The notes under the pieces are model-generated. The model made no database searches and was not told where the DNA came from. It saw only the letters and a list, made by a program, of their open reading frames with translations. From Phycisphaerales bacterium (GTDB taxonomy: Bacteria; Planctomycetota; Phycisphaerae; Phycisphaerales; SM1A02), in assembly GCA_044233905.1 (NCBI GenBank), contig JBIIJH010000001.1, forward strand, positions 10,442 to 74,441: a stretch of 64,000 nucleotides of DNA, given 5' to 3'. The translations under genes were made by a program, and so were the position numbers. This document shows, in pieces, positions 19,164-27,794 of the stretch. Each line of letters starts with the position of its first letter. Position 1 is the stretch's first letter.

Positions 19164-19433
19164 ATGTCGATCTCCGCAACCAAGAAGGCCGCCGTGATCA
19201 GCGGCAACCGCACCCACGCCACTGACACCGGTTCGCCCGAAGTCCAGGTGGCCATCCTCAGCGAGCGCATCGGCGCCCTGCAGGAGCACTTCAAGACCAA
19301 CCCCAAGGACCACCACGGCCGCCGTGGCCTGCTGTTCATGGTCGGTCGCCGCAACCGCCTGCTCACCTACCTCGCGCGCACCGACCGCGAGCGGTACCAG
19401 AGCCTCATCAAGCGTCTCGGCCTGCGCAAGTAA
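19164..19433 (+). CDS. rpsO: 30S ribosomal protein S15
   Basis: 89 aa: ..[48 protein letters not shown]... Confidence 0.95.
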   Translation: MSISATKKAAVISGNRTHATDTGSPEVQVAILSERIGALQEHFKTNPKDHHGRRGLLFMVGRRNRLLTYLARTDRERYQSLIKRLGLRK

Positions 19434-19446
19434 GCCGCGCAGCCCC

Positions 19447-19473
19447 GCCGCCCGGCGTTCGCGCCGGCGCGGC
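19447..19473 (+). other. GC-rich hairpin with UUCG loop in the rpsO-pnp intergenic leader
   Basis: GCCGCCCGGCG-TTCG-CGCCGG(C)CGCGGC forms an 11-bp stem with one bulge and has no U-tract. The position is analogous to the rpsO attenuator / pnp leader processing hairpins known in E. coli. Confidence 0.4.
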
Positions 19474-19636
19474 AGTTGGCACCGCGCAGCCTGCCCTCAC
19501 CGGGTCAATTCCTGCGCCGTGGCACCTGCCCCGAAGGCGGTCGGCCATCGCCCATCCACTGGGCGGACGCCATCCCGTACATCAATCACAGAGTCCAGAG
19601 CAGTCACCACGCCATAGAAGGCATCACGAAAGAGGA

Positions 19637-21958
19637 ATGAACACCATGTCCGACACCACCAAGAAGCACGTCATCGTCGAGCGCGAGATCGGCGGACGCA
19701 CGCTCCGCTTCGAGACCGGCAAGGTCGCCAAGCTCGCCAGCGGCGCCATCGTCACCAGCTACGGCGACACCGTCGTCCTGTGCACCGCCGTGCGCGCCAA
19801 CCCGCGCGCCGGCATCGACTTCTTCCCGCTCACCTGCGACTACCGCGAGCGCACCTCGGCCGCCGGCAAGTACCCGGGCGGCTTCAAGAAGCGCGAGGCG
19901 GCTCCCAGCGAGAAGGAAGTCCTCACCATGCGCATGATGGATCGCCCGATCCGTCCGCTCTTCCCCGAGGGCTTCATCGACGAGATCCAGCTCCAGTGCA
20001 TCGTCCTGAGCCATGACACCCAGAACGACAGCGACGTGATCGCCTGCACCGGCGCCAGCGCCGCGCTGAGCATCACCGACGCCCCGTTCCAGGGCCCGAT
20101 CGCCACCGTGCGCGTCGGCCGCGTGATCACCGAGCAGGGCTCGCAGTTCATCGTCAATCCCACCGTCGCGCAGCTCGACTACAGCGACATCGACCTGGTG
20201 ATCTCCGGCCACAAGGACGGCATCAACATGATCGAGGTCGGCGCCGCCGAGGTCGACGAGAAGACCATGCTCGAGGCGATCCGCTTCGGCTACGACCACG
20301 GCGTCAAGCCGATCCTCGAGATGATCGAGGAACTGCGCACCAAGTGCGGCGCCCCGGCGCACGCCATGGGCGCCCCGGTCCTCCCCTCCGACGAGGTGAT
20401 GAAGCTCCTCAAGGAGAAGGCGTACGACTCCATGAAGGAGGCGCGCAAGATCAACGGCAAGAAGGACCGCAACGCCAAGGTCGACGAGATCAAGAAGTAC
20501 GTGCTCGACACCTTCTTCGCGATGCCCGCCGGCGACGTCAGCTTCAGCACCTGGCAGGCCGCCGACAAGCGCGCCAAGGAAGCCAAGGAAGGCATGCGCA
20601 TCCTCGAGAAGAAGATCACGCATGACCTGGTCTCCAACCACGGCATCCGCCCGGACGGCCGCTCCAAGGACCAGATCCGCAAGCTCGACATGGAGGTCTC
20701 GGTCCTCCCGCGCACGCACGGCAGCGCGTTCTTCCAGCGTGGCGAGACGCAGTCCATCGTGACCTGCACCCTCGGCACCATCAAGGACGAGCAGATCGTG
20801 GACGGCCTCGTCCCCGAGTACGCCAAGAAGTTCTACCTCCACTACAACTTCCCGCCCTTCTGCACCGGCGAAGCCGGCCGCATCATGGGCCCGGGCCGTC
20901 GCGAGATCGGCCACGGCGCGCTCGCCGAGCGCAGCCTCCGCGCCATCCTCCCGAACCCCGAGGAATTCCCCTACACCGTCCGCCTGATCAGCGAGATCAC
21001 CGAGTCCAACGGCTCGAGCTCGATGGCCAGCGTCTGCGGCGGCTGCCTGGCCCTGATGGACGCGGGCGTGCCGATCAAGGCCACCTGCGCCGGCATCTCG
21101 GTCGGCCGCTTCACCTCCGCTGAGGGCAAGGTCGGCCACGTGATCGACATCATCGGCGAAGAGGACTTCTTCGGCGAGATGGACTTCAAGGTCAGCGGCA
21201 CCCGCGAGGGCATCACCGGCATCCAGCTCGACCTCAAGGCCCGTGGCCTCAAGATCGACGAGATCGAGACCATCTTCGAGATCGCCCGCAAGGGTCGCCT
21301 CGACATCATCGGCCAGATGGAAGCCGTGATCCCGACGCCGCGCGCGGACATCAGCAAGTACGCGCCGCGCATCATCACGGTCAAGATCGACCCCGAGAAG
21401 ATCGGCAAGCTCATCGGACCGGGCGGCAAGACCATCCGCAGCATCCAGGAGCGCACCGGCGCGCAGATCGACGTCGAGGAGGACGGAACCGTCTTCATCG
21501 CGTGCTCCGACAGCGAGAAGGCCGCCATCGCGCGCGCCGAGGTCGAGGCGCTGGGTGCCGAGATCAAGCTGGGCAGCATCTACGAAGGCAAGGTCATCTC
21601 GATCAAGGACTTCGGCTGCTTCGTCGAGCTGGCCCCTGGCACCGACGGCATGTGCCACGTGTCCGAGCTCGCGCACGGCTTCGTGAAGACCGTGAGCGAG
21701 GTGGTCAAGATCGGCGACGTCATCAAGGTCAAGGTCATCAACGTCGATGACAGCGGCCGCATCAAGCTGAGCCGCAAGGCGCTCATGGAGCGTCCGGCGG
21801 GCAGCGAAGGTGACGAAGGCGGCGAGCGCCGGGACCGTGGCGATCGCGGTGACCGCGGTGGCCGCGGTGGCGACCGTGGCGGTCGCGACGGCGGTCGCGA
21901 TGGTGGCCGTCGTGATGGCGGACGCCGCGATCACGAAGGCGCCCCCGCCCAGGGCTGA
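19637..21958 (+). CDS. pnp: polynucleotide phosphorylase with an Arg/Gly/Asp-rich C-terminal tail
   Basis: 773 aa with two RNase PH domains, KH (IDPEKIGKLIGPGGKTIRSIQE) and S1 (GSIYEGKVISIKDFGCFVEL), then ERRDRGDRGDRGGRGGDRGGRDGGRDGGRRDGGRRD. Confidence 0.95.
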   Translation: MNTMSDTTKKHVIVEREIGGRTLRFETGKVAKLASGAIVTSYGDTVVLCTAVRANPRAGIDFFPLTCDYRERTSAAGKYPGGFKKREAAPSEKEVLTMRMMDRPIRPLFPEGFIDEIQLQCIVLSHDTQNDSDVIACTGASAALSITDAPFQGPIATVRVGRVITEQGSQFIVNPTVAQLDYSDIDLVISGHKDGINMIEVGAAEVDEKTMLEAIRFGYDHGVKPILEMIEELRTKCGAPAHAMGAPVLPSDEVMKLLKEKAYDSMKEARKINGKKDRNAKVDEIKKYVLDTFFAMPAGDVSFSTWQAADKRAKEAKEGMRILEKKITHDLVSNHGIRPDGRSKDQIRKLDMEVSVLPRTHGSAFFQRGETQSIVTCTLGTIKDEQIVDGLVPEYAKKFYLHYNFPPFCTGEAGRIMGPGRREIGHGALAERSLRAILPNPEEFPYTVRLISEITESNGSSSMASVCGGCLALMDAGVPIKATCAGISVGRFTSAEGKVGHVIDIIGEEDFFGEMDFKVSGTREGITGIQLDLKARGLKIDEIETIFEIARKGRLDIIGQMEAVIPTPRADISKYAPRIITVKIDPEKIGKLIGPGGKTIRSIQERTGAQIDVEEDGTVFIACSDSEKAAIARAEVEALGAEIKLGSIYEGKVISIKDFGCFVELAPGTDGMCHVSELAHGFVKTVSEVVKIGDVIKVKVINVDDSGRIKLSRKALMERPAGSEGDEGGERRDRGDRGDRGGRGGDRGGRDGGRDGGRRDGGRRDHEGAPAQG

Positions 21959-21997
21959 TTGAGCCACTGCAAACCGCTCAATCCATGACGACTCAAG

Positions 21998-22031
21998 GTG
22001 GCCTCCCGAAACGGAGGCCACTTTTCTTTTT
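21998..22031 (+). terminator. rho-independent terminator after pnp
   Basis: GTGGCCTCC-CGAAAC-GGAGGCCAC followed by TTTTCTTTTT. Confidence 0.8.
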
Positions 22032-22159
22032 GCCCCGGACGGAGCGAACGAACGCCCCCCCTGCGGCGTAACCCTCTCATGGATAGGGATCTGCGAAATC
22101 CACGGAGAAGGGCCCGGAACCAGACCTTGGACGGGAGCACGGACTTGGCCTGTTCAGAC

Positions 22160-22188
22160 TTGCATAAGTCCGGGAACGGAGGCACAAT
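22160..22188 (+). promoter_or_regulatory. candidate promoter of the cold-shock gene (leaves a roughly 90-nt 5' UTR)
   Basis: TTGCAT-N17-CACAAT. Long 5' UTRs are typical of csp mRNAs. Confidence 0.3.
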
Positions 22189-22285
22189 ACAGGCCGTCCC
22201 AAGTAGTTCGGGGCAATTGGGTCACGAACCCGCGCTTCCTTGCGTCAACAGGAGCAAGGAGACCTCCACGACGGAGCCCGCAACT

Positions 22286-22540
22286 ATGGCGAACAGCACA
22301 CTCGAGAACATCGAAGGCCAGGTGAAGTGGTTCGATCCCCGCAAGGGCTTCGGATTCATCGTCGGCCCCGAAGGACAGGACATCTTCGTTCACTTCTCCG
22401 TGATCGATCAGGAGGGCGGCTTCCGCACCCTGAACGACGGCGAGATGGTGACCTACTCGGCGACCCAGGGCGCCAAGGGTTGGGCGGCCACCAAGGCCCG
22501 CTCGCTGACCCGCGTGCCGGCCGCCGGCAGCGGTACCTGA
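22286..22540 (+). CDS. cold-shock domain protein (CspA family)
   Basis: GQVKWFDPRKGFGFIVGPEGQDIFVHFSVI carries the RNP1/RNP2 motifs. 84 aa from ATG 22286. Confidence 0.9.
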   Translation: MANSTLENIEGQVKWFDPRKGFGFIVGPEGQDIFVHFSVIDQEGGFRTLNDGEMVTYSATQGAKGWAATKARSLTRVPAAGSGT

Positions 22541-22605
22541 TCCGCGTGTTGATACATCCCGCATTCGATGCGACTCCGGCGGTGCCACTGGCACCGACGG
22601 AGTTT

Positions 22606-22665
22606 CACATGTCGGACGCTCACATGTCGGACGCTCACATGTCGGACGCTCACATGTCGGACGCA
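22606..22665 (+). repeat. 15-bp perfect tandem repeat x4 (CACATGTCGGACGCT; the last unit ends in A)
   Basis: Read directly from the sequence: units at 22606, 22621, 22636 and 22651. Each carries an in-frame ATG and together they encode MSDAH-MSDAH-MSDAH-MSDAY. Confidence 0.95.
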
Positions 22666-23538
22666 TACGTGGCGCCGAGCCCGATCCTCTTCGCACTCCT
22701 CGCGAGCATGGCCAGCATCGGCCTGACTGCCTGGTGGGTCAACCGCTCGCTGCGCCGCCGCGTCGAGCGTGCGGAGCGCGCCGCCGCCGAGAGCGCGCGC
22801 AATGCCGAGATCGCGTCCATGACGCGCGGCCTGGCGCACGAGATCAAGAACCCGCTGTCCACCGTGGCCCTCAACGCGCAGCTCCTGCGCGAGGAGATCC
22901 TGGACTCCGCCCTGTCGGAGGAGGACCGTGCCGGCATGACGCGCCGTGTGGACACGCTTGCCCGTGAAGCCGGTCGCCTGCGCGACATCCTGACCGACTT
23001 CCTGCGCTACGCCGGACGCATGCAGCTTGACCTCCGCGACTGCGACCTGCGCGACGTCGCCGGCGAGATCGCCGACTTCTTCATGCCCCAGGCGGAGCAG
23101 GCGCGCGTCCGGTTCGTCGTCGAGGCGTGCGACCGCCCGGTGGAGGTCCATGCGGACCCAGCGCTCCTCAAGCAGGCCTTGCTCAACCTCCTGCTGAACG
23201 CGGTGCAGGCCATGGAGGCGCTTCCGGAGGACCGCCCGCGCACGCTGCGCATCGCCGTCCGCGAAGAGCAGCCGGAAGCCCGCGGCAGCACGCCGCAGGC
23301 GGTCATCGAGGTCGACGACACCGGACCCGGCATCCCGCCCGAGATCGCCACCGACTGGTTCGAGCCCTACCGCACCACCAAGCCCGGCGGCAACGGCCTT
23401 GGCCTTGCCACCACCCGCCGAATCGTGGAAGCGCACGGCGGCAGCATCGAGGCGATGAAGTCACCCGAAGGCGGTGCGCGCTTCCGGATCACCCTTCCCG
23501 AGGCAGGCGGGACCGCGGCGGGCACTCCCGCCCGCTGA
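22609..23538 (+). CDS. sensor histidine kinase (one TM, no recognisable sensor domain)
   Basis: H-box MTRGLAHEIKNPLS, N-box LLNLLLNAVQA, G1 DDTGPGIP, G2 GGNGLGLA. The first of four repeat-borne ATGs is at 22609. No response regulator gene is adjacent. Confidence 0.8.
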   Translation: MSDAHMSDAHMSDAHMSDAYVAPSPILFALLASMASIGLTAWWVNRSLRRRVERAERAAAESARNAEIASMTRGLAHEIKNPLSTVALNAQLLREEILDSALSEEDRAGMTRRVDTLAREAGRLRDILTDFLRYAGRMQLDLRDCDLRDVAGEIADFFMPQAEQARVRFVVEACDRPVEVHADPALLKQALLNLLLNAVQAMEALPEDRPRTLRIAVREEQPEARGSTPQAVIEVDDTGPGIPPEIATDWFEPYRTTKPGGNGLGLATTRRIVEAHGGSIEAMKSPEGGARFRITLPEAGGTAAGTPAR

Positions 23539-23562
23539 ACGCCCCCACCGCCGCCCGGCGCA

Positions 23563-24693
23563 TCAATCGAGCCAATCCTTCTTCTTCAGCCGCTCGGGCA
23601 CGTACGTCTCGGTGACGTACGAGATGTCCTTGGTGATGAGCGATTCCACTTCCATCTTGAAGCCGTTGTTGAGGAGCCCCTCGATCTCCCTCTGCCAGCC
23701 CTTGTGGCCCTCGAACCACGGGTACGCGGCGATCTCCCGCGCGCGCTTGATGTCGGTGTCGTTGAGGGCGATCTGCACGTCGTCGGTCAGGCCGCAGGCG
23801 CGGTAGTCGGAGGCGCGGATGCCCAGGTACTTGGCCTCCGGGATCGCCAGGCGCTCGCTCTCGAAGGCCAGCGAGATGCTGCCCTGCTTGATGACGCTGT
23901 AGATGTAGTGCCCCCATGGGTCGCAGTCGAGCAGGCAGTAGACGGGAAGGCCCAGCTCCTCGTTGAGGCGACGCAGCAGGCGACGCACGCCGCGCGGGGG
24001 CTGGCCGCCGCCCTCGGTGAGGATGCAGTTGTGCTTCTCCCAGAACCGGTCCTCGTTGAAGCGGCTCCAGACGGTGTTCTTCTCGACGTGCAGGACGAAC
24101 TTGGCGTCGCACTTCTTGAACTTGATGACGTCGGGCTCCACGATGGACGGGATGGCGTAACCGCCCGAACCCATGCGGCGGCAGTCGATCTCGTCGCCGG
24201 AGTCGATGATGGTGATGTTGCCCACCATGGTGCCGGCCTTCTTGGCGAAGATGTGGAGCTCCTCGCGCAGCGCGCCGAGCGAGACCTCCAGGTCCTCCAG
24301 GATGCCGTCGGACTCGTCCTGGTCGGCGAAGGTCTTCTCCTTGGTGCCGGCCACCGTGTGCAGGCCCTTGTAGAACATTCCGCGGAGGCTGAGCGTCTTC
24401 TCCGCGCCGATCAGGTCCTTGATGCTGGAGGAGTGCAGCATCGTCTGCATGAAGCTCTTGGCCTGGCCGAGGTTGAAGAGCTGCCGCTCCTGGGCGCCGT
24501 CGCCCATCTGCAGGATGCCCTTCTTCTTGTTCCAGATGGTGTTGCTCTTGGCGCGCGTGGGGACGCGCACGATGGGCTCGCGCCCGCCGAGCGAGCGCTT
24601 CGCCACGTCGGTGGCGAGCGCCACGATCTTCTTCTCGGTGGCCGCATCGCGGTCCTTCTTGCTGGTCGCGGTCGCGGTCTTCTGCTTCGCCAT
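23563..24693 (-). CDS. top6A: DNA topoisomerase VI subunit A (Spo11/Top6A family)
   Basis: 376 aa with a 5Y-CAP region ..LSLRGMFYKGL.., Toprim glutamate block FVLHVEKNTVW and DxD block VYCLLDCDPWGHYIYS. It lies immediately downstream of the B subunit gene. Confidence 0.9.
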   Translation of the reverse strand: MAKQKTATATSKKDRDAATEKKIVALATDVAKRSLGGREPIVRVPTRAKSNTIWNKKKGILQMGDGAQERQLFNLGQAKSFMQTMLHSSSIKDLIGAEKTLSLRGMFYKGLHTVAGTKEKTFADQDESDGILEDLEVSLGALREELHIFAKKAGTMVGNITIIDSGDEIDCRRMGSGGYAIPSIVEPDVIKFKKCDAKFVLHVEKNTVWSRFNEDRFWEKHNCILTEGGGQPPRGVRRLLRRLNEELGLPVYCLLDCDPWGHYIYSVIKQGSISLAFESERLAIPEAKYLGIRASDYRACGLTDDVQIALNDTDIKRAREIAAYPWFEGHKGWQREIEGLLNNGFKMEVESLITKDISYVTETYVPERLKKKDWLD

Positions 24694-24749
24694 GTCTCGT
24701 GTTCCTCATGCTGGGCCCGCAGGCCCGCGTATGCGTTCCGTGATCGATC

Positions 24750-26876
24750 TCAGAAGAGACGCGCGCCGTCCTCACCGCCCGCCTTGCCTCGGCCGGCGGC
24801 CTTGGCTGCGCGGGCGCGGAGCTCGGCACGCGCGGCGGATTCCGGCGCGGGCTTCGCGGCCCGCTTCGGCGCGGCGGATGCCTTCGGCTCGGAGGCCTTC
24901 TTGGCACCGCGCTTCGATGCAGCCTTGGCCTTGCCGTCGAGGTCGAGCGGCGCCAGCGGCGTGCTGGTGGCCGCCGCAACCGCCGGGGCGATGGCGTCCG
25001 GGATGATCAGGACGCCCTCGTCGTCGGTCTCGGCAAGGTCTTCCTTCACCACCTTGCCGTCCTCGTCGAGCACCTGGTCTGCCACCGCGGTGCGCGACTT
25101 GGCCTGCTTCAGCAGCGCCTCGTAGATGGCCTTCGGATCGTCGCCGGTGATGGCGTTGATGGCCTTGGCGATCTCGCCGATGTAGCGCTCGAAGACGTCA
25201 CGGCGCTCGCCTTCGCGGCGCATCTTCTGGCGCTTGCGGAGGTACGTGCCGAGCTTGCGGCCGCACTCCATGAGCGCAAGCTTCATCTCCTTGCGGATCT
25301 CGTCGTAGTCGGCGATGGCTTCCTTGCTCTCGCTGGTGAACGGCACCCACACGGAGGCCATGTGGATCATGATCACGAGCGGGCCCACGGGGAGCGTGCC
25401 GCGCGGCTGGGAGAGGTTGTAGTTCTTCCATGCGGTCTCCACCACCGCCTTGAAGCTCGAGCATGCGCTCTGCTGGAAGAGGAGGGGCACGCGGTTGGCG
25501 AACCGGATCACGCGCGCCGTCTCGTCACCCGGCAGCTCGCCGCCGAAGGCGATCGCCGCCTCGATCTGGAACGGCCGGCCGCGGTAGACCTCGGCCTCGC
25601 GGCTCGACGCCGCGTAGAACTCCGCGCGCACGCCCTTGAGCATGCCCGCGAGCATCTGCCGGACACCGATCGGCGCCAGGCAGTCCGTGGGCGGTGGCGC
25701 CAGCTTCGATTCCTGGAAGACCTTGTAGAGCTTCTCCGCCTGCGGAGGCTCGATGTCGCCGGCCTTGGCGCGGCTCGAGACGCCGATGGCGTCGCACATC
25801 GAGCTGGCCGTCGAGGCGCTCACGCGGCAGAACCGCTCCTGCAGGAAGTTGTAGAGCGTGCCACCCTTCTCGGCCAGCTCGTAGTCCTTCAGCATCTGCA
25901 GCAGGATGCCCAGCTCGATGCCCTTCGGGTGCGGCTGGATCTCCTTGGTCTCCGGCGGCAGTTCCTGCACACCGCGTGGGTAGACGATGACGCCGTTGGT
26001 CTCGGTGGTGACGGTGGCCTTGGCGGCGGCGCCGGCCTCCGCGACGGCCAGCACGTCCGGCTCCTCGTCCTCGGTGACGCGCGATGGCGGCACGAAGACG
26101 AAGCGCGCATGCGGGTTGGCGATGGCGGTGAGCTCCAGGAACTCATCCACCGAGCCGCGGCCGCGCTGGTACTTGCCGTCGAGCTCGATGCTCACCGACG
26201 TCCCGGTGGGGAACTCGCTCTCGGTGAGGAACCCGCCCTGCTCCGCGAGCGCGCGCGTTCCGGGGGTCAGGTCGCGGAATCGCTTCGGCGGGAACTCCTT
26301 GACCTCCTTGTCGAAATTCACCTCGGCGCGGTTGGTCTTGGTGTTCATCGCCAGCTCGATGTGGTGGGTCGGCTGGCCCGCCTTCGGCTTGGTGAAGATG
26401 GTCATCGGGCGGCCCGTGGTGATCAGGCCGTACATGCCGGCGGCGCTGATGCCGATGCCCTGCTGGCCGCGGCTCATCTTCAGGCGATGGAACTTCGAGC
26501 CGTACAGCAGTCGGCCGAAGATGTTCTCCACCTGCTTGCGCACGATGCCCGGCCCGTTGTCGATGATGGTGACGCGGTACCGCGAGCTCTTGGCCGTGGC
26601 GGGACGCCCCGGCTCGAGGTCCTCGACGATCACCGCGATCTCCGGCAGGATGCCCGCCTCCTCGCACGCATCGAGCGAGTTGTCCACCGCCTCCTTGACG
26701 GTGGTCAGCATCGCCTTGCGCGGATTGTCGAAGCCCAGCAGGTGGCGGTTCTTGGCAAAGAACTCGCTGACGCTGATGTCGCGCTGGCGCGCGGCCATGC
26801 TCTCGGCGTCTGCCCGAGGGGCGACGGAGTTCTTCTTCTTCGGTTCAGCCATTGCAACGGCTTCCTTGGCTGCCAT
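24750..26876 (-). CDS. top6B: DNA topoisomerase VI subunit B (GHKL ATPase + transducer) with a Lys/Ala/Pro-rich C-terminal tail
   Basis: Bergerat-fold motifs TVKEAVDNSLDACEE, IIDNGPGI and SRGQQGIGISAA, preceded by ISVSEFFAKNRHLLGFDN. Start chosen at ATG 26876 (MAAKEAV), with AAGGAGG 5 nt upstream. Confidence 0.9.
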   Translation of the reverse strand: MAAKEAVAMAEPKKKNSVAPRADAESMAARQRDISVSEFFAKNRHLLGFDNPRKAMLTTVKEAVDNSLDACEEAGILPEIAVIVEDLEPGRPATAKSSRYRVTIIDNGPGIVRKQVENIFGRLLYGSKFHRLKMSRGQQGIGISAAGMYGLITTGRPMTIFTKPKAGQPTHHIELAMNTKTNRAEVNFDKEVKEFPPKRFRDLTPGTRALAEQGGFLTESEFPTGTSVSIELDGKYQRGRGSVDEFLELTAIANPHARFVFVPPSRVTEDEEPDVLAVAEAGAAAKATVTTETNGVIVYPRGVQELPPETKEIQPHPKGIELGILLQMLKDYELAEKGGTLYNFLQERFCRVSASTASSMCDAIGVSSRAKAGDIEPPQAEKLYKVFQESKLAPPPTDCLAPIGVRQMLAGMLKGVRAEFYAASSREAEVYRGRPFQIEAAIAFGGELPGDETARVIRFANRVPLLFQQSACSSFKAVVETAWKNYNLSQPRGTLPVGPLVIMIHMASVWVPFTSESKEAIADYDEIRKEMKLALMECGRKLGTYLRKRQKMRREGERRDVFERYIGEIAKAINAITGDDPKAIYEALLKQAKSRTAVADQVLDEDGKVVKEDLAETDDEGVLIIPDAIAPAVAAATSTPLAPLDLDGKAKAASKRGAKKASEPKASAAPKRAAKPAPESAARAELRARAAKAAGRGKAGGEDGARLF

Positions 26877-27061
26877 GGGGCCTCCTTGCATCCCTGCGCG
26901 GATCCATGCTTCCCAAGGCCCAAACACGGGGTCCGAGGGCCGCGCAGCCCCCGCCCGGAGTCCGGGCGAAGGGCGGGTACGGTAGCAGCATCGGGCGAAA
27001 GGTCCGGCGAACTGGGTATTTTTGCTATCCTCCGCCCCCTTACCCCCAACCGGAGAACACC

Positions 27062-27532
27062 ATGGAAACCAGCCTCATCATCCTCAAGCCCGACGCCGTC
27101 CAGCGCGGCCTCATGGGTCGCATCATCAGCCGCTTCGAAGAGAAGGGCCTCCAGATCGTGGGCGCCAAGCTCATGCACATCTCGCACGAGCTCGCCGCGA
27201 AGCACTACGCAGACCACGCCTCCAAGCCCTTCTACCCGGGCCTGGTGAAGTTCATGACCTCGAGCCCGGTGCTCGTGCTCGCCATCCGGGGCAATGGCGC
27301 CGTGACCATCTGCCGCAACCTGATGGGCGCCACGTTCGGCTCCAAGGCCGCCGGCGGCACCATCCGCGGCGACTTCGGCGTCTCCAACAGCTTCAACCTG
27401 ATCCACGGCTCCGACAGCCCCGAGGCGGCGGTCCGCGAGCTCGGCCTGTTCTTCAAGGACGGCGAGGTCCTCGATTTTGCCCGCGCCGGCGATGCCTGGG
27501 TCTACGACATGTCCGGCGGCAAGCCGGAGTGA
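27062..27532 (+). CDS. ndk: nucleoside diphosphate kinase
   Basis: METSLIILKPDAVQRGLMGRIISRFEEKG..NLIHGSDSPEAA (active-site His context). Confidence 0.95.
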   Translation: METSLIILKPDAVQRGLMGRIISRFEEKGLQIVGAKLMHISHELAAKHYADHASKPFYPGLVKFMTSSPVLVLAIRGNGAVTICRNLMGATFGSKAAGGTIRGDFGVSNSFNLIHGSDSPEAAVRELGLFFKDGEVLDFARAGDAWVYDMSGGKPE

Positions 27533-27583
27533 TTGCCTGCGGCGGCCACGCCGCCACTGGTCAGAATGTCCAATAATAATTTT

Positions 27584-27625
27584 CGCGGCGCGCACCTTGT
27601 TCGGTGCGCGCCGCGATGTGCTTTT
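27584..27625 (+). terminator. hairpin terminator after ndk
   Basis: CGCGGCGCGCACC-TTGTTC-GGTGCGCGCCGCG is a 13-bp perfect stem followed by ATGTGCTTTTGG (weak U-tract). It is preceded by an unusual AT island, CCAATAATAATTTT. Confidence 0.55.
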
Positions 27626-27794
27626 GGCCCTCCGCGGCCCCCGCACGCCAACAGGCCCCCTGACGCCCATGAGTATGGGGGCATGCTGATTCCGGAGGCA
27701 TCCCTCATTTCAGATTCCATTGAATCCGAAACGAACTTCCGGCGAACGATCACGTAGAGACCTGAGGAGCGCCCCAACCGGCGAAGGACTTGCC

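Noticed and set aside
22606-22665. Possible CRISPR-like array, from the 15-bp repeats here and the triplet repeats at 47980..48219.
   Set aside because: The repeats are directly tandem with no spacers, are far shorter than CRISPR repeats, lie inside coding sequence, and no cas genes are present.
23563-26876. Top6A/Top6B-like pair as part of a defence or plasmid-restriction system (Toprim/GHKL modules occur in Wadjet JetD and paraMORC-type systems).
   Set aside because: The B subunit has a full-length GHKL plus transducer. The A subunit has both the tyrosine region and Toprim. No SMC/kleisin, nuclease or other defence partners are adjacent, and the composition looks native. A bona fide Topo VI is the simpler reading.
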